A stretch of DNA of 64,000 nt from Mytilus californianus (lineage: Eukaryota), in contig NW_026262723.1 in the NCBI RefSeq assembly GCF_021869535.1, positions 97,092,001 through 97,156,000 on the forward strand, written 5' to 3'. The translations under genes and the position numbers were made by a program. Below are positions 1 to 13,700 of this stretch, piece after piece; the stretch's first letter is position 1; each line of letters starts with the position of its first letter. Under the pieces are notes generated by a model that did no database searches, had not been told where the DNA came from, and saw only the letters and a program-made list of their open reading frames with translations.

Positions 1-117
1 TAAAATGCAACATTCCTGACTGCACATGCTTCCCATGACAACATCACTATGCACAGAAAAACAAACACAAAGCTTTGTATAACTCATGATTTCATGGTTG
101 TAGCATAATGTAATTAT

Positions 118-967
118 AAGAATTGAATGCTTTTTTGGTAATTTCTAGTGTTGTCAACGGTTAATCTGTTAACCGGTTAACCGTCGAAAGGACCTAATAT
201 CGAATACTAAAAATGTTATCCGATTCACTGGACTACTTACTTTCAATTTCAATACATTTTATATAAAAGTGTCATGATATTATAAATAACAAGGGTTGAT
301 TTGAAAATTATCAACGTGATACTTAATGAAATCCATTGTCCAGTATATTGATTACTTGATTAACATGAAAACAGTCCATTTTACATAATTAATTAGCACA
401 AAGACAAATTGTATATCAGCTTTTTGGCAAAATTTTAAGTAAACATCATTTACACGGTTATAAATATACTTTGAACAATTGCATGTAGGCTGATCAAAGA
501 TTACGATTTGGTTCATTATTTCACTTTAGTTAAATATCAAGTTGATGTAAATGTAGCATCCACATCACAGGTTTGGTCATATTTCAAACAAAGTACTGAT
601 GCAAAATATTTTAAAGACAAATTTAGTGTATACTACTCGAACCATTAACCTACCGACATGAACATTACAGAAAGATCTAGGAAAGGATGCCACAATCACC
701 TCAATACATCTTGCCATATAAACATCTATTTGTAAAGTACTGTCAGTGAACTTTTATAGCAGTTAACCGGTTAATCGGTCAAAAGATTATCCAAGTAACC
801 AGTTAGTTAAAGATGTTCGATTTGACAACTAGTAATTTCATAAGGGTGTTAAAGTGTTGATTGTACATACGTTTTTAGTATGAAGCACTTCACCGCTTCA
901 TACAAAATGTGCTTCGGTCAGTGCTTTTCCACACCAATATAGTTACAAAAAGAAGCATTCAATTCTT
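118..967. mobile_element. short TIR MITE (AAGAATTGAATGCTT ends), interrupted by a hAT-like MITE
   Basis: inverted ends at about 118-141 and 943-967. Confidence 0.75.
146..831. mobile_element. non-autonomous hAT-like element
   Basis: TIR TAGTGTTGTCAA / TTGACAACTA; 8-bp TSD GTAATTTC at 138-145 and 832-839. Confidence 0.88.
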
Positions 968-1675
968 TATGGTAGATTGATTTTTTGCACCTTGTTTGGG
1001 TCATTGGGTGGGATGTTTTTTCCTTTCGTTCCTCTAGATACAAGCCTTCAGGAATATAACAGCAGGTTTTACATTTTCCAAGCTATACGTGGCTAAAGGG
1101 CAAAAATAAGTCACATTTTATTGTAGTACATAGAATCAGATACTGTGTAAATTAAGTTTTACTGTGACTGCGTTTGCTTTTGATGAACACTTGTTCTTAG
1201 TTCCTGTGTCAACATATTGTGTTTTTTTTATGAATTGTTATAATGCCTTAAGTCTTTTTATTATTCAAAACTTTTAAAATTTTTGGCCTCATTCTTCCAA
1301 CTTCCAAATGTTGCCATATTTCCAGAGATAAAATATCTAGAGTAAAGATTTAGAAAATATTGGGTGGGAGTATAATTGATAACTATAAATGTATTTTGAA
1401 GTACCAGATTTCTGGCCTAATTAGATGATGATGCAAATGTTAATTATGTCAGAAAACTTTTACACAAAGTATATTTATCTGCTAATTGATGTAGTAATTT
1501 AAGTTAATCATATAGAAATTGTAGATAACCATATAAAATAATTAAATGTCTCTTATGATCATCACTGTGAAGTAACCATTGTGTGTTTCAGAGAGAAAAA
1601 ATGTACGTTGTCAGATGAATATTTATATTGAATGAAAATAAAGTTAACCCTTAAAATTTTTTTTTATGTTTTCAG

Positions 1676-1772
1676 GGAGGAAGTAGAAAACTGTGACCCA
1701 TGGGCAGACAGTCCTTCCCAGCAAGTAGACCTTGCTTTCAACGTATTTTTCATGATATATTTTTTCATCCGA
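1676..1772 (+). CDS. slo: slo exon: S1-S2 loop/S2 ([32 protein letters not shown])
   Basis: ttttcag|G acceptor, CGA|GTGAGT donor, 97 nt, BK S2 motif DLAFNxFF..YF.IR. Confidence 0.96.
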
Positions 1773-4700
1773 GTGAGTATTTAGATTAGTTTTCCAGTTA
1801 AAGAAACAAACGGTAGTGATTTTGTCTTGGAGATTGGATTTCATTCTCAGGAGAGAGATCTTATTTCGCTTTCCTTAGAACATCAATACCACTAGAAAAT
1901 TGTCTTTTCCTTTATTACAATTCTCCGGAAATTTATGTACTTGTTATGGTCTTGTTTTCAAGATCATGAGACATTTTTGGTTATATTTCCTACACAGTTT
2001 TTTTTTCAGTTTATAGGATCAGAATGATTTATAAAGTCAAACCAAGTGTAGTTGTAATTTGAGTATAAAATTTTAACAACCTAAAGCAATAACTCTTTTT
2101 AAAAAAATTCTTCACAATGGAATGAATAAGTCTCAAATTTATGTATTGATATCGTCTTGATATATAAATAAGTTGTTGCCGCAATATAGCCATTTTGTGC
2201 TGAGGAGGCGTAAAGCAACCACCAATCAATTGATATAGATATATATTATATATATATATATCTTCAGTCGTCAGATATTTAGGAATTGTTGATTTATTTG
2301 CACTACTAGAAAATACCTTTAGGATACACTTTTGATAATAAGTAATATCTATTGCCAATATTGATAATGTATTTGATTGATGAACTGTTTCAATTTTGTT
2401 GACTGTATGCCAGTGTATCTTCTAGAGCCATATCTGTTTTACTTTTGGTTTTTGTCTTGGAAAAATATTCAACTTTTCTTGTTGCTTTCATCCTTTTTAT
2501 ATGTAATAACTAAGAATTGTTCAATGTAATTGATATTCTACAAATGATTCAAATCTTTGACATAGATGGAAATAGATTTAATTTTTTTATAGCAAATAGT
2601 AATAGATCTGATGTATTGTTTTCAACTTGGAAATTGCTTTTCTTAGAAAATGGTGCAAAGAATTGGCAACTGTAAAATATTGAAGCAAAAATGGTTTGAA
2701 ATTTTGTTCAGTTTGTATGATAATTTGATATTAAGTCAGATTTGTTACTTCTGAGAGTTGCAATAAGATGACATCTGCTTATATAGATTTTTTTTTTAAT
2801 TAAATCAATTTTTGCTAATTCCACATTTCCCATTGACTATTTTTAATGATAGAATTACACAGTATGGTAGAGATTTTACATGTTGATTATTCATTTGATT
2901 ACCCCTACATACAAGCTTAGGTTACTAAGATAAGGTCACAAACAATTTTATTTTTCAGATTTTATGTTGGGTCTAGCTGTCATTATGATCTCTAGTAGAG
3001 GTTCATAAAAAGTTCTGATCTTAGGCTTTGCTCCCTTTGCCTGTAGTGATTTTTGTTTAAGACTCTTTTTTTTGATGAATCACATATGTAAATATGAATG
3101 ATTTGCATCCCAAATAGATGTCACATTGTTATGTGTTCTTTATATAAAAAAAAAGATATGATATTGAAGTTTTTCTTTATTGCAGCTGTTTACATTCTAA
3201 CTTGTATAGTGTAAATAGAAAAAAGAAAATTTATTGTTTGTTGGTGTTCATCAATTCTTAAAATCAAATCTTTGTTTGATAAACTCATTCTTGATGTAAG
3301 ATATCAATTGATCCACGATTGGTGATAGGATTGTAAACCATTGTTGTTAAAGATTATTGGAAAAAACTGTATTACAGTTTCAGTAACAATACTCCAGTTT
3401 TTATCATTGAAATAAAGTAGATTGATAACATGAATTAGATTTTCTCCTTGTCATACATAAAAGATGAGAAATGCAAATCAAGGAAAAAAGCAAAAGTATA
3501 TATTGCTAAACAGCAGCCCAATTATACCCCATGTGAAATGTTAGCATCAACTTCATGTATTGTAGTATTAGCACATCCCAATTTTAAAAAATTGTTATGT
3601 TTCTAATATTCATAAATGAATATGAATTGATAACCACATTTACCACATGTTGACCTTTTAATGTCTATTTCGGTTAACTTGAGTGGTTGGGTTTCTGTCT
3701 ATTTAGTGTTTAGAAAATTTCATGAAAATGAAAAAATCTTTACAATGATGAACCATCTGTAAGGATTATAATTGTATTTATATATCATATTAAATTCTGT
3801 ACAGAGTAATTACGGATAACATGCAGATTTTGTCACAGTTTACCTATTTTCACCTGGTACAACCCTTAGACTTGGACAATTTACCTATTTTCACCTGGTA
3901 CAACCCTTAGACTTGGACAATTTACCTATTTTCACCTGGTACAACCCTTAGACTTGGACAATTTCAAGAAAGTTATAATTTTCTTTCTTAAATATAATCA
4001 GTCTTTCTAGGAGATACAGGTCTGATCTTTGTAAATGATTAGGTAATGAGTAGTTTCACATCCAATAGTTAAGTTAATATTTATTTATTTATATTTTTGA
4101 CCTTTTGCAGTTCATTTCAAGCAGGGTACAGATGTTCAATTTAATTGTTCTTGCTTGAATGCAAATAGTAATTTAAATGCATGTTACATTGAGTTTTGGT
4201 TTTCAGTAGCAACATAATGAGAATGTCTCCATCATAATTGTTACTGTACCTATTGAATTTAAAACCTATATCAAATGTGTTACAACCATCATCCATGACT
4301 TTACAATAACACATGTGTCAAAATGATATTTCTTTTTTTTTCAGTTTGTTGCAGCAAACGACAAGTTACTGTTTTGGTTAGAAATATTTTCTTTTGTGGA
4401 TTATTTTACCATTCCTCCTTCATTTGTTGCCATCTATTTAGACAGAAACTGGCTAGGTAGGTACAGATGAGATCTTAAATGTATGGTCATAAAAACATTG
4501 AATAAAAGTTTCCACATTTTAATTCAATTTGTGTGGCAATGAGGTAAGCACATGTTAAGCGACCTTCAATCAATCAATCAATCAAAGCATATACTATGGC
4601 ACCTTCAGTCAGTCAGTTTATCAATCAAAGCATATGTTATGGCACCTTCAATCAGTCAGTTAATCAATCAAAGCATATGTTAAGCCAATTTCCATCAATC

Positions 4701-7700
4701 ATTCAATCAAAGCATATGTCAATAGAACTTCAACCAATCAGTCAATCAAAGCATATCTTAAGGGACCTTCAATCAATCATTCAATCAAAGCATATGTTTA
4801 GCCACCTTCGATCAATCATTCAATCAAAGCATATGTTAAGCCACCTTTGATCAATCATTCAATCAAAGCATACCTTAATAGACTTTCAACCAATCAGTCC
4901 ATCAAACCATAAGCCACCTTCAATCAATCAGTCAGTCAATCAGCCAAAGCATATGAAATTTTATACATTTTCTTTAAAGCAATTTTCCAAGATCCCTGGA
5001 ACGTCTAATGAAGCTAAATTTAAATGAAATGTGCATAAAAAAGTAAGAGCCTTTTATCAATAGTAATTTGTTTATCAGATCATGGTAAACCTACTGCATA
5101 TGGTATTAGGCTCATACATAATAATATGAGATATGATATTTAACTCTAGACTGGCAGACTCTCTAAATTTTCAGTTAGTACACAATCTTTTCTTTTTTGA
5201 GTCTGGACAGGGATTATTTTGAATTTGAAAAGAACAATTTGGGGAATTTGGGAAAGATTGCTCACATTTAAGAAGTTGATTTCCATTAGCTCATTTTCTT
5301 TTTTAATGATTTCAAACTAAATCCAGACCCTTAACTAGAAATTTTATTGGGTTTAATGCAAACTAGACTTAATACAAAGTCTTATTTGAAGAGATAGTTT
5401 ATGCATATGCATCAAGTAATTTGTTATCTTTTTTACAAAGGCTAAAGTACTGAAACAATTTTGCACTTACTGTTTTGAGACAGAACGTGACTTGTAGTAA
5501 ATTGAAACAGTAAAACAAAAAATTAAAAAGTAAATTTTTCGCTTCAATATAAACTGTAACTTTTGTACTTATATCAAGTAACTTTTGTACTTATATCAAA
5601 TAAAAAATTGATAGGGAGGTTCTTAACAAGTTATAATTCCCAATAAAACCTACAGCGTTCATTAGGAGAATGATGTTTGTATAGCTTGTAGTTGACTCAT
5701 GGAAAAAACGCCTTGAATATTAAAATAAAATATTTCTGACTATTGTAAGTGTTGTTAGACTGTTGCTGGAATCAGAATGATACAGTATATAATGACGTTA
5801 CGCACGGTGTTCAGTTTAGTAATGGTAACGTTACTTGACGTTGTTTTTCTATTATTTCAAGCGATAACTGTAAAAAACCTCAATATTATTTTTTATACAG
5901 CTGGCATTTTGATGTTTCACTATTTATAAAAAAAAAATAAATAGACAGTTAAGATGACTGATTATATATTTTTTACACATAAATCTTTATTTCATCATAA
6001 TATTAACTTATTGAAAGTATATATTTCAAATATTTGTCATTGCCCAAGACTGTCAATTGTTGCAAAATATATATCCTCTAGGATGGTCAGGATTCCATCA
6101 TTACAAGTATCTAAGTCTAGGTATAGATATCGCATGAAAACAGCCAGCACCAAAGCTGTTTTGTGCTTCAAGAGTTTAAATTTTATCAACCCGCCTTCAA
6201 CTGTAGTTTTTAAACTACAGTTTGTGATTAATATCAGGGTCTTTCAGAATTTGGAATGAAAACTTTATTTTAGAATTGTTCATTTTATTTAAAATTAAAA
6301 AGTGATTTACAGCCTTTGAAATGAGTATTTTTCACATACGCCTGTTTATCGGATGCGTGGAAATGACTGTTAGTGTATAAAACAAACATTCGTACCAGCG
6401 GAGACATATCTGTGACTAGGTCCCAAAATCGAAAGTTTCGGTATTATTAAAGCTTGTGCTACATATACTAATCCGAAAATTTCCGATAATGTTCGCAAAA
6501 TTTTACGTGAAAATTAACCCATGAATTTGAAAATTGCGTGATTATTTCAAGAGAATCATGCTTGGCAATTTTTCAACCACTCTACACGCCTTAAAACGCA
6601 AAGGTTTTGCATCAAAAATAATTAACCTTTTGCATAATATAATTATTATTTATTGGACGCCTTTAAAATCAGCACATGGTTTACAAAACTTTGATGGAAG
6701 TCAAATTTCATGTTGATTTATTACCTTAAAAGAAATTATCAAAAAATTATCTCCCAAAATAATATCATTATACAGAACGTGTCAAATGCAAATGACATGC
6801 AAGACTTTTAGTCAATGGAAAATAAAATTATATATATTAGGTTACATTGACGTTTCGTGCAAAAAACGTTCAATTTAGACGTGGTAACATATTTAGGAGA
6901 CACAGACATCTTGCAGAAAATTGATGAAAAATTGACCGTTTCCTTAACATTGATGGCTTAAACAAATCTTTAAAAAAATCACGTTTCAGTAATAACATTT
7001 GTTTTCATAGTTCATTTGTCTGTCACAAATTTGAAATACCATAAATTGTCATGGTACTGAAAAATCTTGAACAATAGTTCTATGGTAACAATTAAGGGAG
7101 ACACGGAAAATGCTGAAAATAATAAAATGATGTAAGTTATGTTAAAATAAAAAATGTGTTCGTAAAATCTAATAAAATCACATTTTAATGTTAAGGTGAC
7201 ATACCTTTTCTATAATTTATGTGAAAATATTATAATATCGAAGTGCTTGCTTTCATTTTTGTGTACTTGAATTTTCATATCTTACAGCTCTGTGGAATTT
7301 CGAAAATGGACGCTAGACTGCGAACTGACATGATATTTACCGTGACCGTTTCACGCCATGAATATGATCATATTATATCCAACCTGTACAAATTTTATTG
7401 AAATCCATTCAGCAGTTTATATTTTTTTCTTCGTTTATATTTGGATGGTTGGTTCTTGTTACGTCTTATACTGCAAAAATGGCATTATGAACACAGAATC
7501 ATTGCTTAGTTATATAATAAAACATAACATTAAATTTATTAAAATCAGGTTTTATTTAATTTGATTCAAATGATGTATCCAGACAAGTTACTTTTTAATA
7601 ATGCGTAGAATTGATTTGTTTTTGTCCTACTTTGCATCAAGAAATGGTCAAGTGAAAAATAGACCAAATACCGTGCGTAACGTCAACTTGTTCATCTTCA

Positions 7701-10700
7701 AAGTTGCCTTGTAGAAGACGTTACTAAGTTGTAAAACTTGTGTCTGATCCATTTGTCGTTTTGAACAATGCTAAAGTTGCCTTCATCCTGAATATGTATG
7801 AAATGTTAGCCATTGGATATTAAACAAACAACAATCAATCATTCATAGTTTTTACTTTCAGTCCTTTATATGATTGTCTCCCCTGACTCACTGCAATTTT
7901 GAATGATCTATGAATTATCAGAAATATATTATATACTATCAGATTATTCAATCCATCTTGTATGAGAAAGGATTTGTTGTTTAAATGTACGTTTGATATT
8001 TGAACAATAAAATACTTTGAATTAAGAATATGATTGTACAAGGAACCTTGCTTTAGTGTTGCTATGTTGTAATAGTGACCATATACCAAATATAATGCAA
8101 TAGCACAGGAGTGATAGATCATCTAATAAATAGGACTGGTAACACAAGTCCATAGTTTGGAATTAAAAATTCATGAAGAAATGCTGTATACAAAGTGAAA
8201 CCATAGTGTTTCTATGCAGATTGAATGCATTTGTTTGACATGCTTCATAGTAGATTTATTTTTAGTGAAAGTAAAGCAAGCCTTGGGAATATACTACTCA
8301 TCTACTGTTCAGGAATTCTATAGAAAATATTGAATATGACATTTTTCAACTGACTTAAATGAGGATTTTATCATTAATTATTAACAGATGAAATTTCAAT
8401 GTAACAGACAAAAATTGAACATTAGCTCATATAACATGCCATTATATTTGTTATCTGCACAGCTTTTAAAGTAAGAGATAGAATATAAAACTGAAGTAAA
8501 TGGCCAAGTCTTCATTAAATAAAGACTTGGTGGGCGACTTATAAAATATAACAATAAATCTATTTTCCTCAAATGAGTAAGTGATTGGAAAACAGTAAAT
8601 TGGCATCAAAATCTTCTCCATCAAAATTTTCTCCATTAAATGAGTAAGTAATGGGCAAACAGTAAAAATAGAATTTAATTGGAAAAGGGTACCTATTATG
8701 TTTTGATCATGCAGCCAATTTTTGTAGATGGTCATAGATTTTACTTATTTTCAACTTCAATTTTTGTTTCATAGAAATCAGAATCAGACACTTGGAATTA
8801 GTAATTTATGTTAAGTAAGACCTAAACACATTAAAGTTGCTTTAGAACCAACATCTATTTCTGAATAAGGCAGAAAAAGGCATTTCATCCTTTCTTTATT
8901 AGATGTCTATTATTAGATGATAATGAGCATTTTAACTGCTGAATAAACTAGTAAAATAGGTTGAACTGTACAGATTAACTTCTGACTACAGTTCATGATA
9001 TATGTACTGAACTTCATACAACCTTAACTTATACAGCTCTTTTGCATTTACATTGATTAAACATTTATCCCACAGCATGTGGCTTATTTTAACATCATAT
9101 CCTTTCATGTAAAATAATTCCACTTTAGGACAATAAATTACATGTTCATTTTCATAGTTATAGATTTTCTTCCTCATGAATTTTATAGACTGTGAAAAAT
9201 TTATACATCTGTAAAATAATTCACTATTTGAGGAAATGAAAAGATTAAATAAGCTGCACATTTTTAGTCTCAAATATCTTCTATAAAGCCAATAAATGGA
9301 ATGTTCATACTTTTTAACCTGCAGTTGTTATATTCTGCACAATATGGGAAATGTTTTCCATAGCAACATTAAAACAAAGAGGCTTTGTATCATCACACAA
9401 AGACATTTTTTTTACATCACACCTAGTAATAAAATTATTTCTACATCACACAAAACTAAAAATTTTTCTACATTACAATAAGTAATTGAATTATTTCTTC
9501 TTCACATTAAGTGATAGAATTATTTCTACTTCACACCAAGTTAGTAATACAATTATTTCTACATCACATCATGTACAATTATTTCTACAACACTTCAAGA
9601 AATAAAATAATTTCTACATCACACCAAGTAGTTAAATAATTTCTACAAACCAAGCAATAAATAATTTCTACATCACACCAAGTAGTTAAATAATTTCTAC
9701 AAACCAAGCAATAAATAATTTCTACATCACACCAAGTAATAGTATAAATTCTATTGAAATAAAATGATTTCTACATCAAACCAAGTAATACAATTATATC
9801 TACATCACACCATTAGTAATTAAATAATTTCTACATTACACCAAGTAATAAAATAATTTCTCCATAACTTTTTTTTATAAAAATAAACTAGATGTTAATG
9901 AGTCATTTTAAAGCAATTATGAATGTTCAAACAAATCAGTAATAAAAAAACTTTAACCCGTCTTATTCTTTATGTGCCTGTCCCAAGTCAGGAGCCTGTA
10001 GTTCAGTGGTTGTCCTTGGTCCTATTTATTTTTTTACGAAAATTGTTTGGTTATAAATTAGGCTTTTAGTTTTCTTTTTTGAATTGTTCCACATTTTTCA
10101 TGTCGCAGCCTTTTATTATCGACTATACGATTTGGGTTTATCTCATTGTTGAAGGCTGTAAGGTGGCATATAATTTTTATCACCTTCATTTGAACTCTGG
10201 TGGATAGTTGTCTCATCAGCAATCATACCACATTTCCTTATTTTAATACTGTTGATTCATTATTCATTGAATACTGCTTTAATATGTGGAGTTGGTACAG
10301 GCAGTCCACTGAAATTTGTACCAAATAGATATGAATTACTTGGTGATTAAGCAGCAGCAAATTGGAAAACTGTGAACATTTGCTTTCTGGAAACTGCTGT
10401 TATTTAATTAAAAAATATAAATCTTGAAGTTATAATACTCTTCCAATAGTAAATGTTGACTACCTTAAGCTTGCAATTGCTTTTTGTATTTTGGTAACTA
10501 AGATAGGTATTTTGGTAACTAAGATAGGTATTTTGGATTTTCATAAGCTAATTATACAAGAATTCCTTAATCAATAAAAGGCTTGTAGTTTGAAGAAAAA
10601 CATCAATGTTATATAATTTGATTGCAACTCAAGAAAAAGAAATATCCTGAATAGAAAGACTTTAGCCTTATTATTTGCATATTTTTATATTGAATATATG

Positions 10701-13700
10701 TCAGTAAATGAAAAAGTGGTAGACAATTTCTTAGGCCATTGAGAGTACTTGAATTCATACACAATTGCATTCTTTTTAAGTTCTTTTAGTTACTATTATA
10801 ATGCTAGAATTATTTAACATTCCCACCCTCTCAGTGTTATATGAAATGGTTGCTGTACTGTTGGGGTAGTGTTTTCTGTCTAATGTTTAGGTACCTGTTG
10901 TAGCACCCTAATGCTGTTATTGTATTCACAGTTTCTTTCAATTGTATTAAATATATAATGATCTTGTCATAAAAATGATTCAAGATGTATCTGATAAATG
11001 ACCATCCATCCATTCTTTAAATATTATCCAGAATCGTTTTAAACATTGAAAATTAATGATAAAACCTGTAATTCAGCATTTTAAAATATAAAAAGACTCC
11101 GTAAAAAAAATAAAATTTTGTGGAGACAGAGTGCTTTCCTGCATTTACCTTCAGGAGGAACACTCATAATCAATAATTTGAAAGCCAAGGATGTTTCAAT
11201 ACTTGAAGAACTATATGAATAGCCAAACCCATGTTAAGGCAAATTTATGTGAGGGAGTATGAACCTTAGTTTCTTATATTGTAATATGGAGAAGACTTCA
11301 TAAGTATGATTTATTTGTATCTCATCTATTTTACTCAGATTAAGCAAATAAAAAATGTTTAAACGAAACTAAGTTTCTTAATTATTTCTAAATTTATCAA
11401 CAGAAAATATAAGAAATGTTTGTTATAAATGATGAGAGGTGTCAGTATATGAAGAAACTAATCTTATCCCTAAAAACTTGATTGAATGGTTACATTAGTG
11501 CTTACTTTGGATGATGTTGTACACAATATTACCAATTCTGCAGATAGTTGGGCTTGAAAGCATACCTAAAACTGAGATAAACAATTTATTTTGTATAATG
11601 TCTTCAGAGGTAAACAATTTTACATAATTAAAAAAAATCTGACCATGGGTTTGATTGTCAAATTTCTTCTTTGAGTAGGACATTTTTATCAGAACCCTCA
11701 GCTTCTTAAAAGATAATTTTGTAGGTAAGCCACCAACAGTCAATCCTTTCTGTGTTGACACGAATTAACATTTACAAAACTTTGCATTGTTCGAATGACT
11801 AAGGATTTTCTACCCTAAATACCTTAGCTGTTTTTGGTAAAACCTTTGGTAATTTTTATGCCCCCGCCGTAAAGGAGGGGGCATTAAGTTTTACCCTTGT
11901 CCGTCTGTACTTACGAACGTCCGTACGTCCCAAAATTGGTTTCCGTTCTCTAACTTTAGTTTGCCTCAACCAAATGTTATGAAACTTATACACAATGCTT
12001 ATTACCACAAAACACAGATCAAGTTTGAATTTTGGTGGTGTCACTTTTACCGTTCTAGAGTTATGCCCCTTTACAGATCGAAAAATTGCTGAATTTTTCG
12101 TTTCCGTTCTCTTTACTTAAATTTGCCTCAACCAAATGTTATGAAACTTATGCACAATGCTTATTACCACAAAACACAGATCAAGTTTGAATTTTGGTGG
12201 CGTTACTTTTATCATTCTAGAGTTATGCCCCTTAACAGAAAAATTGTTTAATTTTCTCGTTTCCGTTCTCTAACTTCAGTTTGCCTCAACCAAATGTTAT
12301 GAAACTTTTACACAATACTTATTACCACAAAACTCAGATCAAGTACAAATTTTGGTAGCGTCACTTTTACAGTTCTTGAGTTATGTCCCTTTATAACGTT
12401 ATATGCAAAGGGGGGCATAATCTGTGTCTCATGGACACATTCCCCATTTATTTATCTTCAATTTGGTACATTTTTAGTCTTTAAGTTTTTTTATTCGAGT
12501 GGCACTGATGAGTTTTTTTAAAAATAAACTCCCCTCTGGTGTACAAAATTATAAGCCTGGTATCATTGATGAGTTTTTTCCCAGTATACCACCAGCACCC
12601 AATCCTTTTATTTGTTTAAATACACAGAATATACATATCCGTATCCAGGAAGCCAAAAATCAATATCTTGTAGATATTAAAAACCTATCCAGTCTTTACA
12701 GTAAAAAATTGATTTTTCTATCAGTGTCTTCATCTAAAATTGTCAACAGTATATTGTCACTGAGAAAAAAATGGTTAAATAGATTTTATACAAAGAATAA
12801 TTCCTGAAGACTCAAGTCTCTCTGTTCCATTTGAAAACATGAAAAAAGACCAATGTTTGTAGCCTTTTTGTACATTATACATTATCAATTGCTTTGTAAA
12901 TAATGAAATATTGCCTATTGAAATTTGGTAAATATTTGTTGTCCACAGAATCTCTTGTTGTCATGGAGAACCAACACTAGTAGTCATTGTAATAGAGTGT
13001 CATTTTGAAACCATTTAAAATTTGATGTAGTTAAGTTTGCTTCAAGTATCCTTTACTTTTAGCATTGATAATGATTTCACTTTTTATGTATTATTCAAAT
13101 TAAATATTGTGTCTAAGTTTACAAGTTTGAAATGACAGACATAATGGTTAAGTTTTAAGTTGATGTTTGTTTTGTTCCTATTTGGTGTAACCAATATGAG
13201 CAGGAGCCATGTGATATCGTTTATTTCTTACTTCGCTGGGATTCATTATGTCTTACTTAGTTTTAGTTGGTTGGTTTTCCCATACAGGATTTCCCACCTG
13301 GGTAATACTTTGCCTACCCTGGCACTGGTATTATTGCCAATGAGACAACTCTCCACCAGAGACCAAATGACATAGAAGTTAACACGTATAGGTCACCACA
13401 CGGTCTTCAACAATGAGTAAAACTGCATAGTCAGTTATAAAAGGCCCTGAAATGAAAAATGTAAAACAATTCAAACAAGAAAACTAATGGCCTGATTTAT
13501 GTACAAAACAATGAACAAAAAAAAAAAATGATACACAGCAAATAAACAACAACCACTGAATTACAGGCTCCTGACTCTAGGCCAGCACACTATCACAAGA
13601 CCACAGAGCCTGTTGGTATTTCCATAAGAAATATGTTAGCTATAAAATTCTAAATACAATATAATTTATCTTGGTTCTTCTGCAATTAATGCTAGACAAT

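Noticed and set aside
1592-1602. 11-nt exon-like segment (ttcag|AGAGAAAAAAT|GTACGT)
   Set aside because: Not a multiple of 3; incompatible with the phase-2 acceptor at 1676.
11856-12044. recurrent small ORFs [21 protein letters not shown]... (also 16467, 36294, 43040, 43509)
   Set aside because: Chance frames across non-coding HINE core repeats; inconsistent strand and length; no domain motifs.
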